Positions 1 to 9,199 of a stretch of DNA of 41,254 bases are shown here, one piece after another (position 1 is the stretch's first letter; the number at the start of each line of letters is the position of its first letter). Location of the stretch: positions 1-41,254 of the IMG/VR virus record IMGVR_UViG_3300010148_000030. One strand, given 5' to 3'. The notes below the pieces were generated by a model, which was given only the letters and a program-made list of their open reading frames with translations, was not told where the DNA came from and did no database searches. The DNA comes from a virus. Its lineage: Duplodnaviria; Caudoviricetes. The position numbers and the translations under genes are program-made.

Positions 1-2
1 AG

Positions 3-236
3 GGACAGCGCAAGGTGCGTATGCTGTGGCAAGCCATCAAGCAAGCCACAGGCTCTCCACCATCACTGATCCATTATCGTCCACCACAGCGTCGCTATGA
101 CGGCGTTTTTCATCCTCGTTCTTCGTGGGTCATACATCACGAAACAGGGACATTCACATTCACAGGAAAACGGCCACAGGAAATCACCGAAGTGATTCGT
201 GCCGAAGGACTCATCCAGCAGGAGGAAACAGCATGA
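3..236 (+). CDS. Hypothetical protein, 5'-truncated
   Basis: Frame open from position 3; its stop overlaps the next ATG (ATGA). Confidence 0.6.
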   Translation, partial: GQRKVRMLWQAIKQATGSPPSLIHYRPPQRRYDGVFHPRSSWVIHHETGTFTFTGKRPQEITEVIRAEGLIQQEETA

Positions 237-451
237 GGACGCCATCAAAATGCAAATGTGGATCAACAACATTCCGTGTCTTTTTGGACGACTTCGGCTC
301 GGAGGCATTACTCCAATGCACCGAGTGTGGGGCACTGCTCACCGAAGATCAATTGCGGTATGTAGTCCACGATTCATCACAGCCTGTGGAGGAAAACATA
401 GAGCGCATTGAAACCGATGCGTATGTTTTCACCCAGCAAAAGGAGGCATGA
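233..451 (+). CDS. Small Zn-ribbon protein
   Basis: GGAGG SD and ATG at 233; CKC...CTEC motifs; coupled at both ends. Confidence 0.7.
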   Translation: MRTPSKCKCGSTTFRVFLDDFGSEALLQCTECGALLTEDQLRYVVHDSSQPVEENIERIETDAYVFTQQKEA

Positions 452-1632
452 ACATGTCAAATCTATTTCAAGAGATAGAGAGGATATGGGGCAACAATGT
501 TGATATACGCCCGACCCCTAATTCACATGAGGACGAGAGAATGACGACCAAGTGGTATGACATTGACAAATACAAATTGAAGCACCCAGCAAATCCAGAT
601 CAGCGAATCAACATCATGGACTTTGCACGCCATGTGTGCATGAACACGGACATAGGAGCAATCGCCCATGAGGCGTTTGAATACGCCACCCGTGAAGGAG
701 AGAGGCCATCATACAGAACCCGAACCAATCAAAAGCACATCGCCACCGTCACCAACGGATGCGCCCGTGATTTGTGGCGAAAGACTGACAGGACACAGGG
801 TCGCCAATCAATCAAGCGTGTTCGCCAGCGTGGCTCGATCAGAATCCAGCACGCAAAAGACGCACGAACTAAGAGCGCAAGGGGTGGCCCAAATTACGGT
901 ATCACCATGTCAGTCAATGGTGATGAAGGAGAGGCTACTGCCCGTGCCCTCAAGGTGCTACTCCATGAGATGATCCATGTGTTTCAATTGACACACTACA
1001 AAGAACACCACGGCAGGAACGGCAAGCGACGCCCACACGACATCATGTTCAACCGCATGATGCTCAAACTGATGCAACCGTGGTTTGGCCTCACCGAGAA
1101 GGAATGCAACCCGTTCAACATGGACTACGCCAGCAACAAAGGCTACGGCCCCAGCAGGAAAGTTCAGCGCATCATTGAGAGCAAATTGAACAACAACGAG
1201 GCACTTCGCATCAACAAGTGGTTCAAGCCCCATGCTTCAACACCAAAAGCCGAGCCGACTCCACAGGAATTGGAGAAGAAGGAACGCTCGCACGCCAAGC
1301 GATACATCCGTGCTATCATCAAACGATGCAACTATGTTGGCGGAGATGATGTGTGGGATGATGAACCCGCCTTCACAGATCTGAACATGGATTGCTGGCG
1401 TGAAGCCACCGAGCATGTGTTCAATTCAATACTGACGCACGACTCCCTATCCACCTCACTACTCACCACGAAAGAAGAGGCATGGTATGAGAAAATCCTC
1501 CGCTGGTGCAAGAACGAATGGGATCCCTACAATTGGGACGACCCCACCAGCGACGCTCGCTGGGCTGGCTTAGACCGCATGGACGATTACCTCAAACGCA
1601 ACATGCACCCAGTGAAGCCGTTCGCTGGCTAG
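448..1632 (+). CDS. SprT-like zinc metalloprotease domain protein (frame continues past TAG to 1857)
   Basis: LLHEMIH (HExxH) followed by a third His in RRPHD, the SprT-type arrangement; SD AGGAGG. Confidence 0.7.
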   Translation: MNMSNLFQEIERIWGNNVDIRPTPNSHEDERMTTKWYDIDKYKLKHPANPDQRINIMDFARHVCMNTDIGAIAHEAFEYATREGERPSYRTRTNQKHIATVTNGCARDLWRKTDRTQGRQSIKRVRQRGSIRIQHAKDARTKSARGGPNYGITMSVNGDEGEATARALKVLLHEMIHVFQLTHYKEHHGRNGKRRPHDIMFNRMMLKLMQPWFGLTEKECNPFNMDYASNKGYGPSRKVQRIIESKLNNNEALRINKWFKPHASTPKAEPTPQELEKKERSHAKRYIRAIIKRCNYVGGDDVWDDEPAFTDLNMDCWREATEHVFNSILTHDSLSTSLLTTKEEAWYEKILRWCKNEWDPYNWDDPTSDARWAGLDRMDDYLKRNMHPVKPFAG

Positions 1633-1853
1633 GAGAAGGCCACCATCCCCCAGCCGGAGGAACCCAAGCCAGCCCTCACATGGGAGGACATCAGCGTGGA
1701 GGATTTACGCTGTGCGCTTCACCGCAAGACACGGGCACGCTTCGATCCAAGATGCTCAAAGGAATACCTTCTTAGCCAAGCGGCTCGGCTCAAGGTTGTC
1801 CCCGCTGACTGTGTGTCTGTGGGTGATTCAACACGAACAAACGAGGCATTACA

Positions 1854-2381
1854 ATGAACATATTCTTTCTCCACAGGCTGGCGTGGCTGGCCGCAATTAT
1901 GCACTGCGACAAGCACATGAAAATGATTGTTGAGGCCGCACAGATGCTCTCAACGGCTCTCTTCAAGCACACAGGCTCCGCAGACCTCATGCCTATGCGT
2001 GCCGACGGCAAGACCCCCTATTCGGGCAAGGCTCACCCGCACCACCCCAGCACGCTGTGGGTTGGCTTGACACGGGCGAACTACGAATGGCTGTGCGAAC
2101 TGGCCGAGTCGCTACTTGAGCAAAACCAGATCCGCTACGGCAAGGAACATGGTTGCACTGCCGCCATCCGTCATTTGCGACAAATGGCTGAACACATTCC
2201 CGACTTGACCGACGGTCAAATGACACCAGTGCCGCTGGCGATGCCCGATGAATACAAGCAAGCCGACCGTGTTCAAGCATACAGGGATTTTTACTTTCAC
2301 GACAAGCGACGCTTCGCTCGCTGGGACAAAGGAACTCCTGCCCCTAATTGGTGGCGAAACATGGAGGCGGTGATAGCATGA
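1854..2381 (+). CDS. Pyrimidine-dimer DNA glycosylase (DenV/Pyr_excise-like) family protein
   Basis: MNIFFL..HCDKHMKMIVEAAQMLST, HPHHPSTLW, AMPDEYK and AYRDFY motifs typical of this viral family. Confidence 0.75.
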   Translation: MNIFFLHRLAWLAAIMHCDKHMKMIVEAAQMLSTALFKHTGSADLMPMRADGKTPYSGKAHPHHPSTLWVGLTRANYEWLCELAESLLEQNQIRYGKEHGCTAAIRHLRQMAEHIPDLTDGQMTPVPLAMPDEYKQADRVQAYRDFYFHDKRRFARWDKGTPAPNWWRNMEAVIA

Positions 2382-2572
2382 CTGACAAGACGAAGAACAT
2401 AGATCTGACAACATGCACTGATGAGGAATTGAACAACGAACTGACAAGCCTGTTGCATGGTTTGTGCTACAATGCCAGCCGCCCGTATTTGGAGTTCATT
2501 TACCGTGTGTTGATCGATGAAATTACCATTGACGACATTGACACCATATCCAAAGGGAGGGCGTTTGAATGA
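2378..2572 (+). CDS. Hypothetical protein
   Basis: GGAGGCGGTGA SD, ATGA overlaps at both ends. Confidence 0.65.
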   Translation: MTDKTKNIDLTTCTDEELNNELTSLLHGLCYNASRPYLEFIYRVLIDEITIDDIDTISKGRAFE

Positions 2573-3120
2573 CCGACATCGGCAAGAGTCAAGGGTGCGA
2601 TGTTTGCGGTGAAACAGATGGTCTTTTCACCTACATGGATAACAACAAAAAAGCGCACATGGTTTGTTCCGATGCTTGCATGGATAAGAACAAAGGCAAG
2701 GGAAGAGGAACAACGCCCGTTTTAGGCGGAGGAAGAATGGTAATCAACGACATTCCTATGGACGAAGACCCATACTACACCACGAAGGACAGGAAATGCA
2801 AATCCTGTGGCGAAATGAATACTGGATCTGACACATGCAGTGGCCCGTGCGGCCAGTGCTGGTCGTGCAATTGCGACTGTGATATGATACGGAAGACTTC
2901 GTTTGAAATAGAGTTGAAGGGCAGGACAAATTGGTTGAATAACACATTCAACTGTCCTTCGTGTGGGACAGAAACAAAGAATGGTGATTGCCCAGCGTTC
3001 GCCCCCGACTATGTTTGCATGGAGTGTCATGTTGAATGGATGGAAGATCACGATGATTGGAGAGAGGACACCATGCAACGGATAAAACACCACATGGAAA
3101 AGGAACCGACCGTTGATTAA
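2569..3120 (+). CDS. Cys-rich multi-Zn-finger protein
   Basis: CDVC, CSDAC, CKSC, CGQCWSCNC, CPSC and CMEC motifs. Confidence 0.7.
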   Translation: MTDIGKSQGCDVCGETDGLFTYMDNNKKAHMVCSDACMDKNKGKGRGTTPVLGGGRMVINDIPMDEDPYYTTKDRKCKSCGEMNTGSDTCSGPCGQCWSCNCDCDMIRKTSFEIELKGRTNWLNNTFNCPSCGTETKNGDCPAFAPDYVCMECHVEWMEDHDDWREDTMQRIKHHMEKEPTVD

Positions 3121-3145
3121 ATACCCCAAACCCACTGGTGATGAT

Positions 3146-3757
3146 ATGGCCGACACAGCAACCCGCAAAAAACGAGCAAATTGCGACCTTGAACAAATCC
3201 GCGATCTAATCAAGACAAAGAAGCACCTCAAAGAAGACAGTGTTGTCAAGCAGTGCTTCGCTATCTACAAGCACCCACGCTACAAGAGGAAACCGCACGA
3301 CGCATCAATCAAGGCGGCAATCCGCCGTGAGTTCCGAAAACTCAAGGGCACGAAAGCCCCTAAGAGGAAAGGCAAGAAGAAGGTCGTTCGTGGCGAAGCA
3401 GGGAGTGGAAAGACGCTCCGACAAGAAGCACCCATCAACTTTGACGACTACTTTCCATCACCACGGGGACGACACACTCCACCGTATGACAACCCTCCAC
3501 CGCATAACAACCACGACCCATACGGCTACAAGAAGTATTTGCAGGAGAAACCTAAGCACCCGCTTGGGGACATCAGTGAACTATCACGAAAGACCGACAG
3601 CGAACTTGTTGCCGCAACCGAAGAGATGAAAGATCTAATCCGCAAACAGAACGCACTGGTTGAGGACATTCGCAAACTCCAAGACAGGAAAGCGAAAATT
3701 GACGCCTTCTTGAACGGTAAAGAAACTCTTGAAATCCTCGCACTACTCCAACAATGA
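3146..3757 (+). CDS. Basic protein with C-terminal coiled coil
   Basis: GGTGA SD before ATG 3146 (alternative TTG at 3113); Lys/Arg-rich N-half, heptad-like C-terminus. Confidence 0.65.
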   Translation: MADTATRKKRANCDLEQIRDLIKTKKHLKEDSVVKQCFAIYKHPRYKRKPHDASIKAAIRREFRKLKGTKAPKRKGKKKVVRGEAGSGKTLRQEAPINFDDYFPSPRGRHTPPYDNPPPHNNHDPYGYKKYLQEKPKHPLGDISELSRKTDSELVAATEEMKDLIRKQNALVEDIRKLQDRKAKIDAFLNGKETLEILALLQQ

Positions 3758-4119
3758 GGTGGTGCTTCGTGTTCAAACGCCAACGGGAAACCCTAACAAA
3801 ATACTCGGACGACTTCATGTCGGCTGAACGCCACTATCGCCGCAAGGCTGGTGATTGGCGGTCAATCATACAGGAACTCCACGCCGACCGAGGAATGCTT
3901 CTCGGATCTACGCAATACAATGACATGACTGGTGTGGAGCGTGCTGAATCGCTGGGTGGTATAGACCACGCAATCCGTGAGGCACATTCGCACATAGAGG
4001 AATTGAAAGTTCTCCGTGCGATGGCTGTTGAAGTCCCGCATGGTTTCAAACACCGAGCAAAAATCGCACGCAAGAAAGTCCTCGCACTTAGTGATGAAGC
4101 ACTGGGGGTGCAGGAATGA
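3754..4119 (+). CDS. Hypothetical protein
   Basis: 121-aa ORF with ATGA overlaps at both ends. Confidence 0.65.
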   Translation: MRWCFVFKRQRETLTKYSDDFMSAERHYRRKAGDWRSIIQELHADRGMLLGSTQYNDMTGVERAESLGGIDHAIREAHSHIEELKVLRAMAVEVPHGFKHRAKIARKKVLALSDEALGVQE

Positions 4120-4397
4120 TACTTTGGACTGATCCAGCAAACCCCGATAGGGAGTTCCTAATGTCAATTGCTGGCCCCGACCGTGCTGGTTGGCACGAAG
4201 CACTGGTGCAATATGACGGAGAGGATGAAAAGGAAACGCTTCAAAGCGCACAGAAGGTTCTCAAGGAACAGGGATTTTACCGACCTCGTGATCGCTGGTA
4301 TTGGGAGAAGCAGGACATCACATACATGCGCTCAACCGACACATACTACAAACTCAAGGTTCGCCACAAAGCACCGACAGGAGAGGAAGAGGAATGA
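4116..4397 (+). CDS. Hypothetical protein
   Basis: 93-aa ORF with ATGA overlaps. Confidence 0.65.
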   Translation: MILWTDPANPDREFLMSIAGPDRAGWHEALVQYDGEDEKETLQSAQKVLKEQGFYRPRDRWYWEKQDITYMRSTDTYYKLKVRHKAPTGEEEE

Positions 4398-4561
4398 ACG
4401 AAATTACTGAAATATCATGCCCCGATTGCGAAGGCCCAATGTTCCGCTGGAAGGACGGCGAGCATCCAGATCATGGACAAACGCCGAGGGCGAAGTGCAA
4501 ACAATGTGGTCGCTGGGTGTGGCACACGCTACGCTTTACCACGAAGGAGGGACAGGTATGA
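4394..4561 (+). CDS. Small Zn-ribbon protein
   Basis: MNEITEISCPDC...CKQC; ATGA-coupled at both ends. Confidence 0.7.
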   Translation: MNEITEISCPDCEGPMFRWKDGEHPDHGQTPRAKCKQCGRWVWHTLRFTTKEGQV

Positions 4562-5214
4562 GTGCCCCCGAAGAACTTGACATAGGGCCACTCCCTTTAC
4601 CCACACAGGAGGATGCGACATGGGCTATTCGTCTTTGGCAATCTCTCGTCGTTGGTGACGAAGAACGAGGAATAGTGGGCGGCATTTGGGATATGCCTAA
4701 TGTTGGACGCTATCGTCGGACAGGAGAGCGTGAACTGACTCTCACCGAGATACACGCTGACATGTTGCCCGATAAAATCGGTGTCAGTGTGTGGCATAAA
4801 CACGACTGGATTCGCTACTTGGCCGACCAAATTGGGTGGTTCGTGGTGAGCGACAGGGTTGAAACTGCTGACATGGAGAAAATGGCTATTGAGGAACACG
4901 AACCACGCATTGAACACATCGGAAAGGTGTGGGCTTGCCCGTGCGGCATGATCTATTCTTTACTCGGCGAGAACGCTGGGGAAACCCGTGTGCTGGTATC
5001 GCCAACAGGCGACTGTTTGAACCCCAATTGCGATATAATCATCCCCCACCCACACGCTGGTGTGTTAAATGTGGTGAACGACACAGCAGTGCTGGCTAAA
5101 ATGCAAGCACAGGAGATGCTGGCTATTGCACAGGATGAGGACGAATACCCCGCACCACCAATTGAAGCGGCCTTTGCTCAACAGGATCTATTCACTGAAT
5201 CCGAAGAGGAATAA
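4558..5214 (+). CDS. Hypothetical protein with Zn-binding motif and acidic tail
   Basis: GGAGG SD, ATG 4558; CPC...CLNPNC; QQDLF near the C-terminus. Confidence 0.7.
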   Translation: MSAPEELDIGPLPLPTQEDATWAIRLWQSLVVGDEERGIVGGIWDMPNVGRYRRTGERELTLTEIHADMLPDKIGVSVWHKHDWIRYLADQIGWFVVSDRVETADMEKMAIEEHEPRIEHIGKVWACPCGMIYSLLGENAGETRVLVSPTGDCLNPNCDIIIPHPHAGVLNVVNDTAVLAKMQAQEMLAIAQDEDEYPAPPIEAAFAQQDLFTESEEE

Positions 5215-5217
5215 GCA

Positions 5218-5251
5218 AAGGGTTCATATAGGCTACCCTGTGTGGATAGCC
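5218..5251 (+). promoter_or_regulatory. Archaeal TATA-like promoter followed by an imperfect inverted repeat
   Basis: AAGGGTTCATATAGG; TATA-like box ends about 22 nt before ATG 5253 (leaderless geometry); 13/15 match to 23299-23313; GGCTACCC-N5-GGATAGCC at 5231-5251. Confidence 0.55.
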
Positions 5252-5252
5252 C

Positions 5253-5414
5253 ATGAGCAACCAAAACCTGCCTAAGTGTGTCGGCTGTGGACGACCAACA
5301 ATGATTAACCCAACCGACCCGACTATCGCCCCGCTGGCGATAGTGCTTGCATCCAAACCCCGCTGTCAAACATGTCATCAAGTTGGCGATTTATTCAAGG
5401 GGGGTTCCCAATGA
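5253..5414 (+). CDS. 53-aa Zn-finger protein (absent from the ORF track)
   Basis: Manual translation MSNQNLPKCVGC...PRCQTCHQVGDLFKGGSQ*; stop overlaps ATG 5411. Confidence 0.7.
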   Translation: MSNQNLPKCVGCGRPTMINPTDPTIAPLAIVLASKPRCQTCHQVGDLFKGGSQ

Positions 5415-6172
5415 GCAAGAAGCGTTTCAAAGCATTCGTTGAAGAACTCTCCGATAAGCAGATCGACGACCTTGCTGGTGTCGGTGCATCCATTCGGGAC
5501 TTCGGCACAGCACTTGAGGCGGAGTTCTTGGCTCGCCGTGGCAAACTACTGACAGCCGAAGAACGCAAGGAAAATGACGGCAAGCCAAACGCTGTCGCTA
5601 ACCCAATCATTGACATTGAAGTCCCCGGTGTCTTGTGCCTAATGCTCCAACCCTGCGACGAGAACAAAAAGACTCTCGGCAACGGCTATCGCAACGATGT
5701 CGGACTGGCTGATAAAGTCAAGACTGGGAATGTCCCTCCGACTCTTATTGCTGAAATCCTTCTTGACAAAATGGTGGGTATGCTTAACGGCAAGGTCGCC
5801 GACAAAGCACTCACCGAAGTCAAGGACGCCCTCACTGCTGGCATGACCGTCAAGGACGGCAAGTTCTCCTTTGACAAAAAGGTCGCACCGCCATTGAAGC
5901 ACGCTGTTGAAGTGGCTGAATGGATGGCTGAACTCAAGACCACATTCGTCGGCACCACAGCAGGTGCTACACACACCAGCATGGAGGTTATACCAATCCC
6001 TCTCGATCCACATTCCACGCCAATGGAGGCGAACACCGACACAGCGGAAATCCCATCCCCTGCTGGTTCACCACCAACCACCGAACTACCAGTGGACAGT
6101 GTAAGCCCTGTTGTTGTCGCAACAGGCAACCCACCTTCATTCATTGACTCCTTCGGGCAGGTGAGCGAGTGA
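5411..6172 (+). CDS. Hypothetical protein with Pro/Thr-rich tail
   Basis: Long ORF; ATG 5411 coupled to the upstream stop. Confidence 0.7.
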   Translation: MSKKRFKAFVEELSDKQIDDLAGVGASIRDFGTALEAEFLARRGKLLTAEERKENDGKPNAVANPIIDIEVPGVLCLMLQPCDENKKTLGNGYRNDVGLADKVKTGNVPPTLIAEILLDKMVGMLNGKVADKALTEVKDALTAGMTVKDGKFSFDKKVAPPLKHAVEVAEWMAELKTTFVGTTAGATHTSMEVIPIPLDPHSTPMEANTDTAEIPSPAGSPPTTELPVDSVSPVVVATGNPPSFIDSFGQVSE

Positions 6173-6525
6173 TGGTTGAACAATACCTCTCGGAACGCCA
6201 AGAGAAACTTGAGAAGGCTGTGAGAAACCTCATGGATCAAGTGCAAGAGATGAACGAATACATCGCCGAGCAAGAGCAGGAGATCATTCGCTTGAACGAA
6301 AAAGTGGTGAAGGCCGAAGCCAAAAACACACAGGGGCAACTGGATGCCTTGCGTGCCGACATTGAAGCCCTTGAAACAGACGACGGTGAAGAGGACGGTT
6401 TCCGCCAAAGTGTCGCAAAGGCCATTGAAGAACTCCATGACACATTCCGCAACAACGACATTATCCTCGTTCAAGACGATGTGGTAAGAAACACACTTTA
6501 CAAGAGGGGAGTTGGGTGGAGATGA
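6169..6525 (+). CDS. Coiled-coil protein
   Basis: E/Q/K-rich heptads; overlapping start and stop. Confidence 0.65.
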   Translation: MMVEQYLSERQEKLEKAVRNLMDQVQEMNEYIAEQEQEIIRLNEKVVKAEAKNTQGQLDALRADIEALETDDGEEDGFRQSVAKAIEELHDTFRNNDIILVQDDVVRNTLYKRGVGWR

Positions 6526-6839
6526 CGGAAAATCGCTACAATCAAGTCCACCATGCGACCATTCAAACTTCATTCACTGCTGGTGAAGAAGTCCACATCT
6601 TGACACAAGACACCCGTGATGAACGAATAATGAATATCCGTGTGAATCGTGTGGCTCCTTCAAGGAACGGCCATGTCGGCTACACCAAGAAGGGCTTTTA
6701 CTTGACAGAAGAAGAAGCACTTGAATTGAGGGACAGACTCAACGAACTGTTGCATAAGGATAACATTTCAGATCTGTTTGACAAGGTTGACGACAAAATG
6801 CAACCCGTCGCTGAAACACTCAAGCGGGGTGGTGAATGA
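6522..6839 (+). CDS. PC4/YdbC-like ssDNA-binding protein
   Basis: NIR...GYTKKGFYLTEEEALELRDRL resembles the PC4-fold IR...KG(I)xLTxEE signature. Confidence 0.6.
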   Translation: MTENRYNQVHHATIQTSFTAGEEVHILTQDTRDERIMNIRVNRVAPSRNGHVGYTKKGFYLTEEEALELRDRLNELLHKDNISDLFDKVDDKMQPVAETLKRGGE

Positions 6840-7303
6840 TGGTGCGTGCATATACGGAACCGTGGTTTGACATCAAACGCTATGAATTGCTGGAACTTGT
6901 CCACGAACTACCGGAGCAAGGGTGGCGAGTTCACGATCAGAACAGTGGCGATATACTCACCACCATTCAAGAAGACGCATTCACACTGTGGGAACAGGTT
7001 GTCGGCAAGGTGGGGCGTGCGCCCCGCCCACTGCTGGTGGATTGCCTATACATTTGTGCTAAACTGTCGGGCAACCGTGTTGGTATCAAGGCTGTCAAGC
7101 GAGCAACAAAGAAACTGTGGGGCAAGTCCGTTGAGGTCTTGCCGCTTGACAGGAGAAGGGAGATGCGTCGCTGGATATGGGGCTACAAAATAGAGATTAT
7201 GCGCCTTTATCCCGACCAAGACGCATGGGACGACTTCGTGAGCGCATGGCGTGATAAGACCGTTGATCCAGCATATTTTGACGAAGGAGATGGTGAGGAA
7301 TGA
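6836..7303 (+). CDS. TFB/TFIIB cyclin-repeat-like protein
   Basis: GRAPRPLLVDCLYICAKLSGNRV resembles the TFB repeat GRxPxxxAAAxLYIAxxxxG. Confidence 0.5.
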   Translation: MMVRAYTEPWFDIKRYELLELVHELPEQGWRVHDQNSGDILTTIQEDAFTLWEQVVGKVGRAPRPLLVDCLYICAKLSGNRVGIKAVKRATKKLWGKSVEVLPLDRRREMRRWIWGYKIEIMRLYPDQDAWDDFVSAWRDKTVDPAYFDEGDGEE

Positions 7304-7479
7304 GCGACGAGATGGTTAGTGAATTGACAAGGATCATCGGCTTATTGGCCGAATGTGATGAAACCTTAGATGGTGTGCCTGTCGTGAACCGTGATGAGGT
7401 CATTGAAGCCCTTCGTGGTGTGATTCAAAACGAATGGATGCGAACAGGTGTTTTGGCGCAATTGGAGGAAACAGCATGA
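7300..7479 (+). CDS. 59-aa hypothetical protein (absent from the ORF track)
   Basis: MSDEMVSEL...LAQLEETA*; ATGA overlaps at both ends. Confidence 0.7.
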   Translation: MSDEMVSELTRIIGLLAECDETLDGVPVVNRDEVIEALRGVIQNEWMRTGVLAQLEETA

Positions 7480-7751
7480 CAGCAGGATTTGAAATTGGCG
7501 ACCGCTGGGTGAACAATCACACTGGTGATGTAGCACGAATGACCGAGTGCGAGGTAATCAACATCGCTACTGACAAATACCCAGCCGGGAAGGGCTGGCA
7601 TGTCTATACTCTCACCTATGAAGACGAATCGATCTATAAGAGGAAGGCTTTGGCTCATCATTTCAGCCATGTGTTTCGCTGTGATGAACGGACACTACGC
7701 AAACATTGGTCGTGCCTTGTCGCAAACGATGAGGAAGAGGAAGAGGAATGA
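7476..7751 (+). CDS. Hypothetical protein
   Basis: GGAGG SD, ATG 7476; acidic tail coupled to the next gene. Confidence 0.65.
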   Translation: MTAGFEIGDRWVNNHTGDVARMTECEVINIATDKYPAGKGWHVYTLTYEDESIYKRKALAHHFSHVFRCDERTLRKHWSCLVANDEEEEEE

Positions 7752-9199
7752 ACATGCGTGATGTGAACTTTCGCCATATTGCGGCCTGTTGCAGACAGGC
7801 ATACAATGGTGTGCGAAGGCCAGCCATCGTCGCTGAATCAGCGTTCAAACTCGCCCCTAAGCAAATACCCGAACTCATTGACTTCTTCTACGAGGACAGT
7901 CGCATTGACAGGAAACTGACCGATGAGGATCTGCGTGAGGTGTTTTATCACCTTACTGACCTTTACCCCGAAGAGGCGGTTGACGACCCCGATATTGTCG
8001 CTGAACTTTCAAAACTGGTGAAGACCAATGAGGAAACCACTATGACATTCGGCTTCGCATATCAACGGATGCAGGATATTCTCAACGCTGACGATAACAG
8101 GGTGCGTGCGATGATCATTCGCATAATCCTCAAGCGTTCTCATCCCCGTGATTCCTACTGGCTCATCCTTCGTTTGACACGAACAGCCAACCCCTTCAAG
8201 CGAAGGGATATACTCAAGGCTCTCGGTCAATGCTACGGTATGCCGACCCAGCGATTGATGCAGGAGTCAATGTTCTCATCGATCCGTGCTGTCGCCGAGA
8301 AGGTGATTGCTGGTGCTGAACTCATCGGTGTCCCAAGCACAGGAAACCCCGTCATTCTCCCACTCCCCCGACGCTATCGGGGAGAGGATTTGCCGTTCAA
8401 CAGCAAAGTGGCTGAACTTGAAGTCATTCGTGGTGAACGACTGACGCTACACATGAATGAAACAATTGGTTCAGTTGCATACGACCCACACGGTGTTGAG
8501 GTGCAGGAAATTGACACCACGCAATTGGCCTCCTGCCTTGAGTCCGGCATCTATGTGGTTGAACACACACCGCAAGACGACTTTCCTCTCAAGGTGTGCG
8601 ATATACTCACGATTGAAGGAGCCGACGCCCATGAGTGGACACGAAGCAAGAGGCGACAATACATTGACGACAATGTTTCAGATCTTCTTGTCAAAGACAC
8701 CCAATCAGTGGAGAACATGAGAGCGATAAAAAAATTGTCCCCAAAGAACGGGGTGGTGTTCATCCATAACCCCGAATCTAAACTCACATTCACCAGCGCA
8801 ACCGATGAAGTCGTGCTGTTCAGCACGAAACACACAGGTGAGATATTCCGCTTGGTTGCTGGCGTGTGGCGACATGAACCCGCACGGGGGTTGGTGCTGA
8901 ACGGCTGGCGTGTTGCCGCCCGTGATGGAATAGACGCCTACTACGAAGTCGGCACTATCACAGCGGAGCCTCACATGGAGAAGAAACTGGCTCGCCTCAC
9001 CACAGCAGGAACCGCTGTTGAAGGATCAAGGGTTGACATGAAAGCACCCACCTTTGTTGAGGTTGAGATTCACTTTGCTGACTACGACGAGCGAGGAATA
9101 CACATTCAAGGTGTTATCACTGGTTTAGCACCAAGCGCAGGGTTGTCGGATGTAGTGCCTGTTGAAGAAGTTGAATACTTGGTGGGTGAAACCCAATGA
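7748..9199 (+). CDS. ATP-dependent DNA ligase homolog, apparently inactivated
   Basis: Ligase DBD-NTase-OB layout (VAARDG..YYEVGTI, PTFVEVEI), but motif I reads EVIRGER instead of ExKxDGxR. Confidence 0.65.
   Translation: MNMRDVNFRHIAACCRQAYNGVRRPAIVAESAFKLAPKQIPELIDFFYEDSRIDRKLTDEDLREVFYHLTDLYPEEAVDDPDIVAELSKLVKTNEETTMTFGFAYQRMQDILNADDNRVRAMIIRIILKRSHPRDSYWLILRLTRTANPFKRRDILKALGQCYGMPTQRLMQESMFSSIRAVAEKVIAGAELIGVPSTGNPVILPLPRRYRGEDLPFNSKVAELEVIRGERLTLHMNETIGSVAYDPHGVEVQEIDTTQLASCLESGIYVVEHTPQDDFPLKVCDILTIEGADAHEWTRSKRRQYIDDNVSDLLVKDTQSVENMRAIKKLSPKNGVVFIHNPESKLTFTSATDEVVLFSTKHTGEIFRLVAGVWRHEPARGLVLNGWRVAARDGIDAYYEVGTITAEPHMEKKLARLTTAGTAVEGSRVDMKAPTFVEVEIHFADYDERGIHIQGVITGLAPSAGLSDVVPVEEVEYLVGETQ

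Noticed and set aside
3392-3415. Walker A-like GEAGSGKT in the basic protein
   Set aside because: It is flanked by Lys-rich and Pro/His-rich low-complexity sequence with no Walker B or ATPase fold; likely chance or a relic.
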